Positions 63,051 to 64,000 of a stretch of DNA of 64,000 nt are shown here, one piece after another. This DNA is from Octopus bimaculoides (taxonomy: Eukaryota). The notes below the pieces were generated by a model. The model was given only the letters and a program-made list of their open reading frames with translations. It was not told the origin of the DNA and searched no databases. The translations under genes were made by a program, and so were the position numbers. Position 1 is the stretch's first letter. Every line of letters begins with the position of its first letter. The stretch covers positions 3,444,044 through 3,508,043 of the forward strand of contig NC_068984.1 in NCBI RefSeq assembly GCF_001194135.2. Reading direction: 5' to 3'.

Positions 63051-63847
63051 ATGCTATATCAAAATGATAAAAGCAATCAAAATATAGCGAGTATATTCAG
63101 TTAATAAAAATACTAAGAAGAAGAATTTTCAAATTGTGGCACAAGGCCAGCAGTTTTAGGTGTGGAAGGAGTTATATATTTAAAACCCTTCCCACTGTCT
63201 GAATTCCATCAATATATGCTGGTGGAAAAAATTGCATTCACTTTCTCTAGAAATTAATAATGAAGGAGTCGCAAGACTTTTGAAATTTTAGTCAATCAGA
63301 AACTTCCATTGCCGGCATACAGGAAGTTGCAATTTCCGAATGAAAGTATTACGGAAACATGATGAAATGAACAAAATTTAACGAAAGAAGATGAAATTGG
63401 GAAAAATGGGAAAATTTAATGAAATGCAATTAAAATTTTATATAACCTTTAAACATGAATCCTTAACCTAACGCTACGTTTTTATACTTTTCCACAAATT
63501 TACGATATTCGCTCTTCAAACGTTCGTTTTTTTTTCGTCTTAAAAATGTGTTTAACAAAGAAACCGAAACTACAGCTTGCTACACTTGTTCAAAGAATCT
63601 GGCTGGCCTTGTACCAAAATTAGAATTATTACGTAAATAAATATGCTAATCATAACTCGTCTTTGTTATTCTGATATAACATAAATCTAAGAACTTAATA
63701 ATAAACTTCTTTTAAGAACCATAAATGTCTTATAAGACTGTTTCCACATCATTTTCTCCAAAACTATTTCAAAAGTTGGTCTTTTGAGCATTCGATCTAA
63801 AAAGCTTTCGGAATTCAGACAATTACGTCATTTGAAAATCTGTTTCC

Positions 63848-63952
63848 CTCGTCCGGTCTTCTCTCGTCCGGTCTTCTCTCGTCCGGTCTTCTCTCGTCCG
63901 GTCTTCTCTCGTCCGGCCTTCTCTCGTCCGGCCTTCTCTCGTCCGGCCTTCT
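63848..63952. repeat. 15-bp tandem repeat x7, CTCGTCCGG(T/C)CTTCT
   Basis: First four units carry T, last three carry C. Confidence 0.95.
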
Positions 63953-64000
63953 CATGTTGTTGACGACGACAATGTTTCGCAGGACTCTGGTTGTTGTTTA

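Overview
AT-rich, repeat-saturated animal genomic DNA with nine N gaps (5846-5896, 16612-16907, 18096-18823, 22030-22322, 34690-35053, 37762-37930, 38638-39340, 45568-45793, 58417-58516). The very high microsatellite density and the tRNA-derived SINE families suggest a coleoid cephalopod, probably Octopus (inference from recall, not a database hit). No complete protein-coding gene is visible, and almost all ORF-track entries are microsatellite, gap or antisense artefacts. Identifiable content is decayed mobile DNA: many R4/Dong-type restriction-like-endonuclease (RLE) non-LTR fragments, a HERO-like, a Tx1/L1-like and several RTE fragments, a Penelope-like element (RT plus GIY-YIG), Tc1 and maT/mariner transposase relics, at least three SINE families, MITE-like foldbacks and minisatellites. 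A few small minus-strand segments with plausible splice sites may be exons of a long-intron host gene that I cannot name. Main observations: (1) minimal type-I hammerhead ribozyme motifs in two different repeat families, one of them downstream of a tRNA-like Pol III promoter inside an inverted-repeat-bounded unit attached to the Penelope element; (2) an R4-clade retrotransposon family whose copies repeatedly sit in (TACA)n microsatellites, including one inside a SINE core. All alignments were done by eye; boundaries of decayed elements are approximate.
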